Positions 1 through 10,576 are shown, numbered from the stretch's first letter. The stretch is 64,000 nucleotides of DNA from Dehalococcoidia bacterium (GCA_034414555.1 DAOUMA010000008.1:11039-75038); one strand, 5' to 3'. Translations and numbers: made by a program. The notes: generated from the sequence alone by a model not told the origin.

Positions 1-20
1 CATCCCAGGGAGATGGGGAT

Positions 21-2012
21 ATGAAGACTACCAGTCGGAACCGAGCAGGGCAACAAGATGGTGATAGCCGCCCTCGCTACAAGCCAATCCGGGACTACGG
101 AATCATCGGAGACTGCCATACCGCGGCGCTGGTGAGCCGGGATGGTTCCATAGACTGGTATTGCCCGACGCGCTTTGATGCGCCTGCTGTCTTCTGCCGG
201 TTACTGGATGCTACAAAGGGAGGCTATTTCATGGTAGCCCCGGCTGGCGAATTTCATGCAGAACGGCAGTATGTTCATAACACGAACATCCTGCAAACCG
301 TGTTTACCACCAGTCAGGGAAAAGTACGTATTACCGATTTCATGCCTGTCCACCAGCGCACAGAGACCCGCCGCGGTTATGACGTCGGTACATCACGCCG
401 CATACTTCGCTTGGTGGAGGCACTCTCTGGGGAAGCAACGGTAGAGGTTTGCTTCCGTCCGACTTTTGATTATGCTCGGGGAGAGACGGTAGCCAGGATA
501 GAAAAGGGAATCGGAGCTCTTGCCCGCGAAAATAGCAGTTTCCTTTCGCTGGCTTGCCCAGACTTCGGGCTTGACTTTCAAGCAAAGGGCAAAGGTAAAC
601 TGTGCGCTCTTTTTACACTGCACCCGGGTGATCGGCGCTGGTTGGTGCTGACGGATGCTGATGACCCGGACCGCGTTTTGGAGTTGCCCACGGTAGTCCA
701 GTGCGAGCAACAACTACTTAGGACTCGGCATTATTGGGAGAAATGGGCATCTCAGTGTACCTACCATGGTCCGTACCGTAGTGAAGTACTTAGAAGCGCC
801 CTCACTTTGAAACTGCTCACCTATGAGCCTACCGGCGCTATTATCGCAGCACCCACAACCTCACTACCTGAAGAAATTGGCGGAGTGCGTAACTGGGACT
901 ACCGCTACTCCTGGGTACGGGATTCGGCTTTGATATTGTATGCGTTGATGAATGTGGGTTATCGTGAGGAAGCGGCTGATTTTTTCGAGTGGTTGCAGGA
1001 TACTCATCACAATGACCCCAGTCCTGATCTGCAGGTACTTTACAGCATCGATGGACACCGCGAACTTCCGGAGACAACTCTGGGCCATCTTGAAGGTTAT
1101 GAGTGTTCGCGTCCAGTCAGGGTTGGCAATGCGGCAGTAAAACAGCTACAGCTTGATATCTATGGTGAGGTGCTTACCGCAGCTTACCTGTACTTCACAT
1201 CGAGAATCGGAAGACGAGAAGAAGATAAAATCCAGACCTCTCCAAGGGAACGCCTTCTGAAGCATGACTGGCCGCTACTGCGTGGGTTGGTTGATCGTAC
1301 CGTACAACGCTGGCAGGAAGCGGATGATGGTATATGGGAAGTGCGGGGTGGTCCGCAGCCTTTCCTCTATTCTCGTTTGATGTGCTGGGCTGCGCTTGAC
1401 CGCGGCATTCGACTCGCGAAGGAGCATTCCCTAAAGGCTTCTTTACATAGATGGGAGAGTGCACGTGAGACCATTCGTCAAGCAGTGCTAACCGATGGCT
1501 TCAACAGAGACGTTGGAGCCTTTACTCAGGCTTTCGGCAGTTCTGCTCTAGACGCTAGCGCCCTGCTTATTCCTCGAACTGGCTTCCTGCCGGCTACCGA
1601 TGCACGTGTGCAGTCTACGATAGAGTCCATTAAATCTGGACTGGCCAATGACGGCCTGATTTACCGTTACCGTTCTAAAGACGGCTTGTCTGGCAATGAG
1701 GGGGTGTTTATCTCATGTACGTTCTGGTTAATTGATGCGTTAGCCCTTAGCGGTAGGCTTGACGAAGCTCATGACCTTTTCGAACGAGTGTCAGGTTGCG
1801 CAAACGACTTGGGCCTGCTCTCCGAGGAGATCGACTCTGACGGCGACAAGCTGCTGGGGAACTTTCCACAAGGCTTCACGCATATGGCCTTAATAAATGC
1901 CGCTATCAATCTGGCGAAGGTAACCAAGCACGGGGCTGAGGAGCGTGCTGAGACGGAGGCTGAGAGAGCAAGGAGAGCTGGAATAGCAGCTAGAGAAGGA
2001 TATTCCCGATGA
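21..2012 (+). CDS. Glycoside hydrolase family 15 (glucoamylase/glucodextranase-like) protein
   Basis: 663-aa ORF. N-terminal DYGIIGDCHTAALVSRDGSIDWYCPTRFD motif and overall GH15-like (alpha/alpha)6 catalytic-domain pattern. Purine-rich RBS (gggagatgggg) before the ATG at 21. Confidence 0.8.
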   Translation: MKTTSRNRAGQQDGDSRPRYKPIRDYGIIGDCHTAALVSRDGSIDWYCPTRFDAPAVFCRLLDATKGGYFMVAPAGEFHAERQYVHNTNILQTVFTTSQGKVRITDFMPVHQRTETRRGYDVGTSRRILRLVEALSGEATVEVCFRPTFDYARGETVARIEKGIGALARENSSFLSLACPDFGLDFQAKGKGKLCALFTLHPGDRRWLVLTDADDPDRVLELPTVVQCEQQLLRTRHYWEKWASQCTYHGPYRSEVLRSALTLKLLTYEPTGAIIAAPTTSLPEEIGGVRNWDYRYSWVRDSALILYALMNVGYREEAADFFEWLQDTHHNDPSPDLQVLYSIDGHRELPETTLGHLEGYECSRPVRVGNAAVKQLQLDIYGEVLTAAYLYFTSRIGRREEDKIQTSPRERLLKHDWPLLRGLVDRTVQRWQEADDGIWEVRGGPQPFLYSRLMCWAALDRGIRLAKEHSLKASLHRWESARETIRQAVLTDGFNRDVGAFTQAFGSSALDASALLIPRTGFLPATDARVQSTIESIKSGLANDGLIYRYRSKDGLSGNEGVFISCTFWLIDALALSGRLDEAHDLFERVSGCANDLGLLSEEIDSDGDKLLGNFPQGFTHMALINAAINLAKVTKHGAEERAETEAERARRAGIAAREGYSR

Positions 2013-2087
2013 TATGTTAATCAGTTGACAAATAGGCCCACGACATACCTCAACCGAGGATGTGCCGCTGGATTACGGAGGCATGCG

Positions 2088-4214
2088 ATGAACACAAAAA
2101 TAATTCCAGGAAAGCCATATCCTTTGGGAGCCACCTGGGATGGGGAAGGCGTCAACTTCGCCATCTATTCGGAGGCAGCCGAAAAGGTAGAACTCTGTTT
2201 TTTCAATAATACCGAGTCAAGGAGTCGGCAAGAATGTATCACCCTTCGTGAAGTCACCGGTCACGTCTGGCATGGCTACTTGCCTGGAATTAGACCCCGG
2301 CAACTGTATGGTTACCGCGTTCATGGACCGTACAAGCCAGAGGATGGCCTCAGGTTCAACCCTGCCAAACTCTTGATTGACCCCTACGCCAAAGCTATTT
2401 GTGGACGTGTGAACTGGGAGGCTCCGGTATTTGGCTATCAGATTGGAAACAAGGAAGGTGACCTTTCTCGTGACGACCAAGACGATGCCTGGGGCATGCC
2501 GAAATGCGTTGTGATTAATCCTTCGTTCGACTGGGAGGAAGACCGCCCGCCTCATATAGCGTGGAATGACACGATTATATATGAAGTCCACGTGAAGGGT
2601 TTTACGGCCCGTCACCCAGGTGTACCCGCTGATGAGCGCGGCACCTATGCGGGACTGGTATCCGAGCCGGCTATGGAATATCTCAGGAGCCTGGGAATAA
2701 CCTCGGTGGAATTATTGCCGGTGCATGACTTCCTAGATGATAAATACCTGGTTGGTAAAGGCTTGAAAAACTACTGGGGTTATGATACCACAAACTTCTT
2801 TTCTCCAGCAGCGCTGTACTCCAGTTCCGGAGATAGCGGGGGACAGGTCACTGAGTTCAAGCAGATGGTAAAGGCTCTCCACAAGCAAGGAATCGAGGTC
2901 ATCCTCGATGTCGTATACAACCATACTTCGGAAGGAAATCAGCTTGGTCCTACAATCAGTTTCCGTGGTATTGATAATCTCACTTATTATCGTCTCGTTG
3001 AAAAAGACAAGCGGTACTACATGGATTATACCGGAACCGGGAATAGCCCGAACATGCGTCATCCGCAGATGCTTCAGCTTATCATGGATAGCCTCAGATA
3101 TTGGGTATTGGAAATGCACGTTGATGGCTTTCGATTCGACCTAGCGGCGACATTGGCCAGAGAACTCCACGACGTTGACCGCCTCTCCTCCTTCTTTGAC
3201 ATCATTCATCAGGACCCGGTAATCTCTCAGGTCAAACTAATAGCCGAGCCTTGGGATGTTGGCGAGGGAGGCTATCAGGTGGGTAACTTCCCGGTGCTAT
3301 GGACCGAGTGGAACGGCAAGTACCGTGATGCCATACGCAGGTTCTGGCGGGGAGATGAAGGTGAAGTAGGGCAGTTCGCTTACCGCTTCTCAGGCAGCAG
3401 CGACCTATATGAACGGAGCGGGCGCAAACCATACGCGAGCATTAATTTCATCACAGCCCATGACGGGTTCACCCTCCATGACCTGGTCAGCTACAACCAA
3501 AAGCATAACGAGGCCAATGGTGAGAATAACAAAGACGGCACTAACGAAAACATCCCCTGGAACTGTGGTGCGGAAGGGCCAACTGATAATACCGGCATCA
3601 TTCAACTGAGGGAACGGCAGAAGCGTAACTTTTTTGCTACTTTACTCCTATCTCAAGGCGTGCCCATGCTCTGCGGCGGTGATGAAATCAGCCGCAGTCA
3701 GAAGGGAAACAACAACGCTTACTGCCAGGACAGCGAATTAAGTTGGCATGATTGGCAATTAGATGAGAATAGGAAGAAAATGCTCGCGTTTGTCAAACGT
3801 CTCACACATCTTAGATCCGAGCATCCCGGGTTGAGGAGGAGAAAGTTCTTCCAGGGGCGGCCAATCAGGGGCTCCGGGATAAAAGACATCACGTGGTTGA
3901 GACCTGACGGGCAAGAAATGTCTGATGACGACTGGAAGGCCTCATGGATTCGCTGCATCGGTATCTTCCTGGAGGGTGAAATGTCGGATGAAGTCGACGA
4001 GAACGGGAATCCTCTGGTTGATAACTCTCTCTTTGTCTTGTTCAACTCTCATCATGATTCGGTTCAATTCAAAGTACCTGAAATGAAGGCTAAGTGGGAG
4101 GTTGAAGTCGATACTGGTAATCCAGACCTTAGACTTGGCCAAAAGACGGTAAGTGCAGGCGAGACAATAGTAGTAACGGGCCGGTCTGTTGTTCTGCTAA
4201 AAGACACATCATAG
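2088..4214 (+). CDS. glgX: Glycogen debranching enzyme GlgX (GH13)
   Basis: N-terminus [29 protein letters not shown] is classic GlgX. GH13 catalytic regions DGFRFDLA and EPWD are present. GGAGG RBS lies 7 nt upstream of the ATG at 2088, so the ORF-track start at 2025 is probably an upstream extension. Confidence 0.85.
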   Translation: MNTKIIPGKPYPLGATWDGEGVNFAIYSEAAEKVELCFFNNTESRSRQECITLREVTGHVWHGYLPGIRPRQLYGYRVHGPYKPEDGLRFNPAKLLIDPYAKAICGRVNWEAPVFGYQIGNKEGDLSRDDQDDAWGMPKCVVINPSFDWEEDRPPHIAWNDTIIYEVHVKGFTARHPGVPADERGTYAGLVSEPAMEYLRSLGITSVELLPVHDFLDDKYLVGKGLKNYWGYDTTNFFSPAALYSSSGDSGGQVTEFKQMVKALHKQGIEVILDVVYNHTSEGNQLGPTISFRGIDNLTYYRLVEKDKRYYMDYTGTGNSPNMRHPQMLQLIMDSLRYWVLEMHVDGFRFDLAATLARELHDVDRLSSFFDIIHQDPVISQVKLIAEPWDVGEGGYQVGNFPVLWTEWNGKYRDAIRRFWRGDEGEVGQFAYRFSGSSDLYERSGRKPYASINFITAHDGFTLHDLVSYNQKHNEANGENNKDGTNENIPWNCGAEGPTDNTGIIQLRERQKRNFFATLLLSQGVPMLCGGDEISRSQKGNNNAYCQDSELSWHDWQLDENRKKMLAFVKRLTHLRSEHPGLRRRKFFQGRPIRGSGIKDITWLRPDGQEMSDDDWKASWIRCIGIFLEGEMSDEVDENGNPLVDNSLFVLFNSHHDSVQFKVPEMKAKWEVEVDTGNPDLRLGQKTVSAGETIVVTGRSVVLLKDTS

Positions 4215-4311
4215 CATAATATTGGATACAGGATAAAAAGGCCTTTTTTGTTTGAGGCTCTTAGCTTTAAGCTACTATAGGTAACCGCACAAGTCGGTAC
4301 ACAATTTACTC

Positions 4312-4407
4312 GTCATTGCGAGCCGGAGGCATGGCAATCTTTGTTCCAAGCGAAAGCGAGGAATCTCGCTTTGAGATTGCTTCGTCGTTAACACTCCTCG
4401 CAATGAC
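4312..4407. repeat. Compound palindromic repeat element, copy A (GTCATTGCGAGC ... GATTGCTTCG ... CTCGCAATGAC)
   Basis: 11-bp perfect outer inverted repeat gtcattgcgag/ctcgcaatgac encloses inner hairpins (aaagcgag-gaat-ctcgcttt). The same motif recurs at 44378-44412 and 45439-45488. Confidence 0.5.
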
Positions 4408-4586
4408 AAGAAAGGACGAACTGTCAGTAATTACGTGAACGAATACGTGGTATTGCGTGGACCAGTCCAGGCGGGTTAACATAGTGTTTTAAAATTAGCT
4501 TTGGAAATTTGGCTATTCCTAAATAAGAATGAAGCTAACAACCACGAGTCAAATCACTCGCAAAAATAAACGTCACGGAGGCAAAA

Positions 4587-5639
4587 GTGCTTAACACAAG
4601 GATGACCGAGCTATTTGGAATAAAACACCCTATAATGCTAGCGGGGATGAATTGGGTTACCGACCCTAAGCTAGTGTCCACTGTTTGCAATGCTGGTGGA
4701 TTGGGCGTTTTTGCTACCGCACAGTGCACTCCCGAGGAAACACGGCAAAACATTACAGAGATCAGGAAGCTCACTGATAAGCCCTTTGGGATAAACCAAA
4801 TCCTGATAGGTCCTGGGGCTAAAGAGAATATAGATGTAGCCATAGAGGAAAAGGTTCCTATCATAAACTATTCCTTAGGAAGGCCCTGGTTCGTTGAGCA
4901 AGTCCATGAGTATGGCGGGAAAGTTTTAGGGACGATAGCACTATCGAGGCATGCAGTCCGAGCGGAGCAACTGGGGTGTGATGCGCTCATAGTCACTGGC
5001 CATGAGGCAGCGGCTCATGGAGCTGATGCTACTTCACTGGTATTGATACCCATTGTTGCCAGCCGGGTAAAAATCCCTCTCATAGCCGCTGGCGGCTTTT
5101 ATGATGGCAGGGGGCTTGCAGCAGCTCTGGTGTTAGGAGCTGATGGTATATCCATGGGCAGCAGGTTTATGCTTACCAAAGAGAGCGCGGTACATGAGAA
5201 TTTCAAGCAGCTTTGTCTGAAGGCCACCGAGCAGGATACACTGTACAGCGATGTTTTTGACGGAATGCCGGGCAGGGTGCTAAAAACCAAAGGATCTGAG
5301 GCAATGTTGAAAGGAGGTTTTCCTCTGGTAACAGCGATGAGCAGTGCTTTGAAGGTAAAGCAAATCCTGAAACTTTCATACGGGCAATTCATTCGTCTCG
5401 CCTTCCGGATGATGAGGGCCGGGGAGGAGTCATCAACTTTTCGGATGCTAGCTCGGGAAGCAGTTGGCAGTATAAAAGCTCTGAAGGCAATAAACGATGG
5501 TGATGTAGAACAGGGAATTCTGTTTGCCGGACAGTGTTGCGGTGGCATTGATGATATGCCTGGTTGCCAGGAACTCATTGAGCGAGTAGTCGCCGAAGCT
5601 GAACAAATATTGAAATCAACGAGGGAGAAACAGTACTGA
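4587..5639 (+). CDS. Nitronate monooxygenase / enoyl-ACP reductase FabK family (NMO, FMN-dependent TIM barrel)
   Basis: MLNTRMTELFGIKHPIMLAGMNWVTDPKLVSTVCNAGGLGV is the NMO/FabK N-terminal signature. GTG start at 4587 is preceded by a GGAGG RBS. Confidence 0.7.
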   Translation: MLNTRMTELFGIKHPIMLAGMNWVTDPKLVSTVCNAGGLGVFATAQCTPEETRQNITEIRKLTDKPFGINQILIGPGAKENIDVAIEEKVPIINYSLGRPWFVEQVHEYGGKVLGTIALSRHAVRAEQLGCDALIVTGHEAAAHGADATSLVLIPIVASRVKIPLIAAGGFYDGRGLAAALVLGADGISMGSRFMLTKESAVHENFKQLCLKATEQDTLYSDVFDGMPGRVLKTKGSEAMLKGGFPLVTAMSSALKVKQILKLSYGQFIRLAFRMMRAGEESSTFRMLAREAVGSIKALKAINDGDVEQGILFAGQCCGGIDDMPGCQELIERVVAEAEQILKSTREKQY

Positions 5640-5697
5640 AACTATAAGGCGACCTTATTTTATTGCGTGATTCTTCCCTCTATCTCCGCTACGCTTC

Positions 5698-6915
5698 TTA
5701 ATCAAAGGAGACCATCACCTTTATTGCCCGGCTCTTTCCTTTATGCACGTTTACTTCAATCATATCCTTGTATCTCTCCAGCGGGAATTCATGGGTCACC
5801 ATCTCATCAAGTTTAACCTTCTTTTTCTCAACAAGCTCGATAGCTATTTCAAAGGCGTGCCTCTTTTTCCCCTCAACAGTGTTATAGCCATAACAAAAGA
5901 CTCCCTTCACAGTCTGTAATTTGAGCCATAAAGGCGTTGGATCCAGCTTTATACCACTGCTAATACCCACAATGCTTAAAACACCGCCTGTTGCCATTAC
6001 CCTCATGCCATTATTCAATGTTTCCGAATTAGCTACAGTATCAAAAATCTTGGTGAACCCACCCATCGATATCCCTTTCCCCATCATTGGCTGGTAAGAG
6101 CGCGCTCCGGTTATCCTTTGGGTATGCGTAAAAATATCTCCTCCAGTGATAAGGTTATCTGCCCCTACCTTTGCGGCAAATTCAGCATGAAAACTCGAAG
6201 GTTCACTAACAGTGATATTGCAATCTATACCCAACGCCCTTATTGACTGAACAATAAGGGAGCCGATAACACCTCCCCCGACTATCAAGACCTTATCGTT
6301 TTTATCCGGCTTGTTATCAAGCACCGCTTGCAATGCTACCGCAAAAGGCTCTATCATCGCGCCCGATTCATGTGATGCCCCCTGAGGTAACTTAAAAACC
6401 TGGGACTTGTGTGCCACAAGATATGGGGCAAAACCACCATTGATATCATGACATATACCGGTAAACATGCCCGATGAAAAGCTTCCCTGGGCAAAGTTCT
6501 CGCAATTTCCCGGCCTTCCCATCTTACAACTTCGGCATTCAGGACTTATCCCTCTGGTAACGCAACCCAGATGAGGAGCAATAGTGACAATATCACCAGT
6601 ACTCAACCCCTTTACACTCTTGCCAACCTCAACAACCTCCCCACAAAGCTCATGACCCAGTATGCACGGAAACGATGTAAACGGAGTAGATGTCGGTGAT
6701 TCTTTTAACAAGATTAAGTTAAGGTCACTTCCACAAAAACCACAAAGAAAGGTCTTGATTTTGACCCAATCTGGGGAAGGCAACTTCGGCTCAGGGACAT
6801 CAACGAGCTTTACTGTTGCCAGGGGACCATCGTAATACACCCTCTTGCTTATAGCCCCCAGGGATTTCAAGGCAACAAATCTTGGAACTGAAACAAAGAA
6901 CTGCAGCGCTTTCAT
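5698..6915 (-). CDS. Zinc-dependent alcohol dehydrogenase (MDR family, threonine/sorbitol dehydrogenase-like)
   Basis: GHELCGEVVEVG catalytic-zinc motif, a Cys-rich structural-zinc loop (CVTRGISPECRSCKMGRPGNC) and a Rossmann GGGVIG motif. The ATG for MKALQF at 6915 has an AAGGAGGG RBS 5 nt upstream. The MIRRDK extension in the ORF track is the RBS read as codons. Confidence 0.75.
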   Translation of the reverse strand: MKALQFFVSVPRFVALKSLGAISKRVYYDGPLATVKLVDVPEPKLPSPDWVKIKTFLCGFCGSDLNLILLKESPTSTPFTSFPCILGHELCGEVVEVGKSVKGLSTGDIVTIAPHLGCVTRGISPECRSCKMGRPGNCENFAQGSFSSGMFTGICHDINGGFAPYLVAHKSQVFKLPQGASHESGAMIEPFAVALQAVLDNKPDKNDKVLIVGGGVIGSLIVQSIRALGIDCNITVSEPSSFHAEFAAKVGADNLITGGDIFTHTQRITGARSYQPMMGKGISMGGFTKIFDTVANSETLNNGMRVMATGGVLSIVGISSGIKLDPTPLWLKLQTVKGVFCYGYNTVEGKKRHAFEIAIELVEKKKVKLDEMVTHEFPLERYKDMIEVNVHKGKSRAIKVMVSFD

Positions 6916-6929
6916 TTTATCCCTCCTTA

Positions 6930-8597
6930 TCATTCCATCTTCAGAGCGCCGACAAGTAACGGGGTCGCCGGGCTTGTCACTGTGGGGTCAGTAAGCACAT
7001 TGACGCAGGCTGGCTTGCCAGATGCAATCGCCCTTTCAAGCGCTAGTACGACCCCTTCATCCTTGGCAACAAACTCACCATATCCCCCTAATGCCTCAGC
7101 CACCTTCTCATAGTGTACAACACCCAGTTCTGAACCCACCACTCTTTCGTTTCCATAGGCTATCTCCTGGCCATGCTTGATCATCCCCCATGCCTGGTCA
7201 TTGAATATCACACAAACAAAGGGGATATTATAACGAACTGCGGTATCAAATTCCATGGCATTAAAACCAAATGAACCATCTCCACTTATTACTATCACTG
7301 TCTTTTCCGGTCTGGCTAACTTAGCAGCTATGCCAAAAGGAACCCCGGTCCCAAGGCACCCCATAAGGCCGCTAGCCGTTGCTATTACCGAGGATTTCTC
7401 TTTGGCTCTTAGTCCCATCATCCCAAAATAACTTGTATCTCCACCATCGATTAGATAGATAGCATCATCTTTTGTAGCTCTTCTCACCTGCTCTACCAGC
7501 CTGGCAGGATGTATCGACTCCGAAGGAGTCTCCCTTGCCTTGACCTCATCCGCAATCAATGGAAGATATGTATCCCTGAGTCCCTTTACCCAGCTGCTAT
7601 GCTCTTTTTTATCCACCTCGGCATTTAGCTGGTTCAATATAAGCCCGATGTCACCAATAAGACCAATAGCCGAGGCTCTATTTCTATCTATCTCTGTGGG
7701 GTCAATATCAACCCGTATGAGCCTTGCCTGTGGAAAAAGCTGTCCGAACATGAGAAGCCAGTTAAACCGAATCCCCAGAGCGATGATAACATCCGCCTGA
7801 GAGGCAGCGGTCATTATGGCTGCCTGCCCCCCATCCCACAATGATAATGGATGGTCATCAGGGATAGCCCCTCGGCCGTTGTTAAGCAGAATAGTGGGGA
7901 TACCTGTTTTATTCACAAAGTCTGAAAGTTGTTTATCACAGTTGCTGAACCCAACCCCACTTCCCCCGATTATCAGCGGCCTCTCCGCGGTATTAATTAG
8001 TTCAGCAGCCTCCTCGGTTGAATCAATATCCGCCACGGTTTTATATACCGTGCTGCCCCTTTTAGGATAGACTATCTCTTGCTCATCAACGCTTATGTTA
8101 AGAATATCTGGCGGTAATTCCAGAAATACCGGGCCAGGGCGGCCTGATACCGCATGGCGGAATGCTTTTGAAAGATACTCCGGTATCCGCTTTACGTCAT
8201 AGCAGGTTCCCCACCACTTCACCACAGGCTTAATCATGTCCAATTGATTCATTCCTTGAAGGGCTCCCTTTTCCCAGTCCTTCACCGGAGCAGTGCCACT
8301 TAGCACAACTATCGGAACATTATCAAGATAGGCATTCGCCACACCGGTCAGCGCATTTGTAAACCCGGGCCCTGCTGTTACCAGACATACGCCTGGCTCC
8401 CCGGCGAATATGGACCAGGCATGAGCCATCATCGCTGCAGCCTGCTCATGCCTTACCACGATGAGCTTTGTCACATATTCCAGAAACCCATCATATATCC
8501 TATCGATATGACCCCCAGGAATGGAAAAAACTGTAGATACACCTTCGACCTCACTTAAATACTTTGCAACCAGATGACCACCGGAAATTTTACTCAC
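6930..8597 (-). CDS. Thiamine-pyrophosphate-dependent enzyme (acetolactate synthase large subunit-like)
   Basis: 555 aa with the three-domain TPP enzyme layout (N-terminal Pyr domain, central domain, C-terminal PP domain with GDGSFGFN motif). GTG start has an AAGGGGGTGA RBS. Confidence 0.75.
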   Translation of the reverse strand: MSKISGGHLVAKYLSEVEGVSTVFSIPGGHIDRIYDGFLEYVTKLIVVRHEQAAAMMAHAWSIFAGEPGVCLVTAGPGFTNALTGVANAYLDNVPIVVLSGTAPVKDWEKGALQGMNQLDMIKPVVKWWGTCYDVKRIPEYLSKAFRHAVSGRPGPVFLELPPDILNISVDEQEIVYPKRGSTVYKTVADIDSTEEAAELINTAERPLIIGGSGVGFSNCDKQLSDFVNKTGIPTILLNNGRGAIPDDHPLSLWDGGQAAIMTAASQADVIIALGIRFNWLLMFGQLFPQARLIRVDIDPTEIDRNRASAIGLIGDIGLILNQLNAEVDKKEHSSWVKGLRDTYLPLIADEVKARETPSESIHPARLVEQVRRATKDDAIYLIDGGDTSYFGMMGLRAKEKSSVIATASGLMGCLGTGVPFGIAAKLARPEKTVIVISGDGSFGFNAMEFDTAVRYNIPFVCVIFNDQAWGMIKHGQEIAYGNERVVGSELGVVHYEKVAEALGGYGEFVAKDEGVVLALERAIASGKPACVNVLTDPTVTSPATPLLVGALKME

Positions 8598-8689
8598 GGC
8601 TCACCCCCTTATTCACTTTCTTTTGTGGCTAATAATTCTTATTTAATCAGGAAATCTATCCCTTCAAGTAAAGTCCTCATATATCCCCG

Positions 8690-9250
8690 TTACTTGATTA
8701 CGCGCCCCTTGAGCAAAGTCCTGGCCCCCACCCAGCAGAGGAAACTGAATACTAGCCTGTTCATGGGCAACGGCACCGGGCCCACTCGCCACTGTAGAAG
8801 TTCAATGATAATGCCTGCTTGGGCAACAGTATCTAAATAGGCATAATCCACTACAATGCCACTCTCCCTTATAGTCCCTCTTTGCACTATCCCGATACCC
8901 ATCTCCCGACAGAAATCCAGCCTCTTATTTATATCCTGCACCATAAAACCTAGATGATGCGCTTCTTCTCTGGATTCCTTAACATGATTGAGATGAAAAC
9001 TCTCACCCTCTACCACCTGGATAAGCTCCAGCTGGATTGAACCTTTATATGCCAGCGCTATTCTTAATAATGGGTGTACCTCCTTTCCTTTCTCAATACA
9101 AGGTTCAGGTCTCGCATCCAGTAACATCCAGGGGCTTATGCCAAAGGTATCTTTATAGTAGGCAATTGTTTTATTTATATCGGTTATCACGTAACCAATT
9201 TGCCCGGTCTCTGGAAGTCTTAGTTGTTTTTTAACCGCATCTGATATCAT
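8690..9250 (-). CDS. VOC (glyoxalase/bleomycin-resistance/dioxygenase) family protein
   Basis: 186 aa; beta-alpha-beta-beta-beta module pattern typical of the VOC fold. Weak assignment from sequence composition only. Confidence 0.4.
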   Translation of the reverse strand: MISDAVKKQLRLPETGQIGYVITDINKTIAYYKDTFGISPWMLLDARPEPCIEKGKEVHPLLRIALAYKGSIQLELIQVVEGESFHLNHVKESREEAHHLGFMVQDINKRLDFCREMGIGIVQRGTIRESGIVVDYAYLDTVAQAGIIIELLQWRVGPVPLPMNRLVFSFLCWVGARTLLKGRVIK

Positions 9251-9286
9251 TTTTATTTTACTTCCCAGAGTTTCAAAACCGCCAAT

Positions 9287-10405
9287 TTAAATAATAGGCT
9301 TAGTCATCTCGAGGTCAGAATATGACGTAATTCCACGCTCCTTCATATAAGTGAAGAACTTGATTGGCTCCAGACAAGCTTCGGGACCATAGACCCCTCC
9401 TTTTGTGGTGAGAATTTCCTTACGGGCAAGCATCAAAGTGCCCACAGCTAGAGAAAGCCCGGTGGATTCCCGCATCTGGGCAATCCCGCAGCCTACCTCA
9501 TGCACTTCTTTACTGCCTTTCTCACCCCAGACATCAAGCCGAATCGCCCCCCATTCTGGCTCTTGAGGCTTACCCAGGTGTTCGAGGCTATTCAGTATCT
9601 TAGCTGCTGCTCGCTGACGCCGCTTACCCCCGAAAAATCCCAGCTTTGCGGGTAACACTAACCAGTTGGAGCCACGTCCAAAGCCCATAAACAAATTGAC
9701 TTCCTCTATCCCGGGGATAAAGAGGGGAATGGTGACTGGCTCACCATGCCCCATATTCCAGACCTTGATGGAGCCGAACCTAGGAAATTCAACCAGCCGC
9801 TCCTCGCTGCAGGCAGGCACCATCATCCGCTTTCCATCCCGCCAGATTGGAATTCTTCCCCCCATAATGAATAAGGTATGCTTGACCACCGCCTCACCTC
9901 CACCCGCTTTCAAAGGCATATAGACATTGATATCCGCTCGGCGAACCTTGTCCATCTGCTGGGCAAGATAACGAACTCCAATATTGGAGAGTCCCGGGCT
10001 GGCACCCAGGCCACTGATGACCGTGACTCCTTTTTCGCGAGCCTTTTCAGAGAATTGATTGATTACTTCATCTGCGGCGAGCCAATCATCACAGATGCTG
10101 GTATAATTAACCCCAGCATCAATCGCTGCCCGCACCAGTTTGGCCTCAAAGAGATAGAAAGGACCGAGGGCAGATGCGGCCACATCGTAACCCAGCATCG
10201 CATCTACCAGACCATTATGATCGTTGCCATCTACGGACTTGACATCCACCTTGGCTTTTGCCTTTTGGAGCCTGCCGGCAATCTGACGGGCTACTTCCAC
10301 ATTGTGATCTGCAATGGTAACTTGCTCAATCCCTTCAGCCTGTGCCAGCTCTTCAACTGCACGACTTCCCATATCGCCGGCGCCCCCCAGAACTATGATC
10401 TTCAT
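9287..10405 (-). CDS. Saccharopine dehydrogenase NADP-binding domain protein
   Basis: MKIIVLGGAGDMGSRAVEEL Rossmann N-terminus and saccharopine-dehydrogenase-like body. AAGGAGGG RBS before the ATG at 10405. First gene of a four-gene minus-strand operon (10405->5698). Confidence 0.7.
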   Translation of the reverse strand: MKIIVLGGAGDMGSRAVEELAQAEGIEQVTIADHNVEVARQIAGRLQKAKAKVDVKSVDGNDHNGLVDAMLGYDVAASALGPFYLFEAKLVRAAIDAGVNYTSICDDWLAADEVINQFSEKAREKGVTVISGLGASPGLSNIGVRYLAQQMDKVRRADINVYMPLKAGGGEAVVKHTLFIMGGRIPIWRDGKRMMVPACSEERLVEFPRFGSIKVWNMGHGEPVTIPLFIPGIEEVNLFMGFGRGSNWLVLPAKLGFFGGKRRQRAAAKILNSLEHLGKPQEPEWGAIRLDVWGEKGSKEVHEVGCGIAQMRESTGLSLAVGTLMLARKEILTTKGGVYGPEACLEPIKFFTYMKERGITSYSDLEMTKPII

Positions 10406-10546
10406 TGTGCCCTCCTTTAAACTTTTAGCTTTTAGAATCTTATTTTGCTTTATTTTAAGCGTAAATCACCTCAAAGGCAACTCTTAAAGCTAAGTGAACG
10501 CCAGGGCTTTCCGCCATTGCAATCCGGTATAGAAAGAAGCAAGTGG

Positions 10547-10576
10547 ATAGTGGTTCAAATCCACCATCGCCCACCA
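10547..10576 (+). other. tRNA 3'-end-like fragment (T-arm GGTTCAAATCC + acceptor 3' strand + CCA), no 5' half
   Basis: gtggTTCAAATccacc followed by atcgccc-a-CCA reads as a T-arm, 7-nt acceptor strand, discriminator and CCA. No complementary 5' acceptor strand (gggcgat) occurs within 100 nt upstream, so this is a fragment, not a gene. Confidence 0.35.

Noticed and set aside
256-1464. Several 60-110-aa ORFs (256-444+, 340-585-, 393-713-, 841-1077-, 864-1088-, 952-1140+, 1195-1464-) inside or antisense to the GH15 gene
   Set aside because: All lie fully inside a 663-aa gene with clear family motifs and have no RBS or family resemblance. They are shadow ORFs of a GC-rich coding region.
4215-4250. 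AAAAAGGCCTTTTTT after glgX as an intrinsic terminator
   Set aside because: The GC stem is only GGCC (4 bp, no loop), which is too weak to call. Palindromic repeat copy A 70 nt downstream is a likelier structured element.
9666-10420. Plus-strand ORFs 9666-9923 and 9878-10420 (85 and 180 aa)
   Set aside because: They are antisense to the saccharopine-dehydrogenase gene and have no motifs; they are shadow ORFs.
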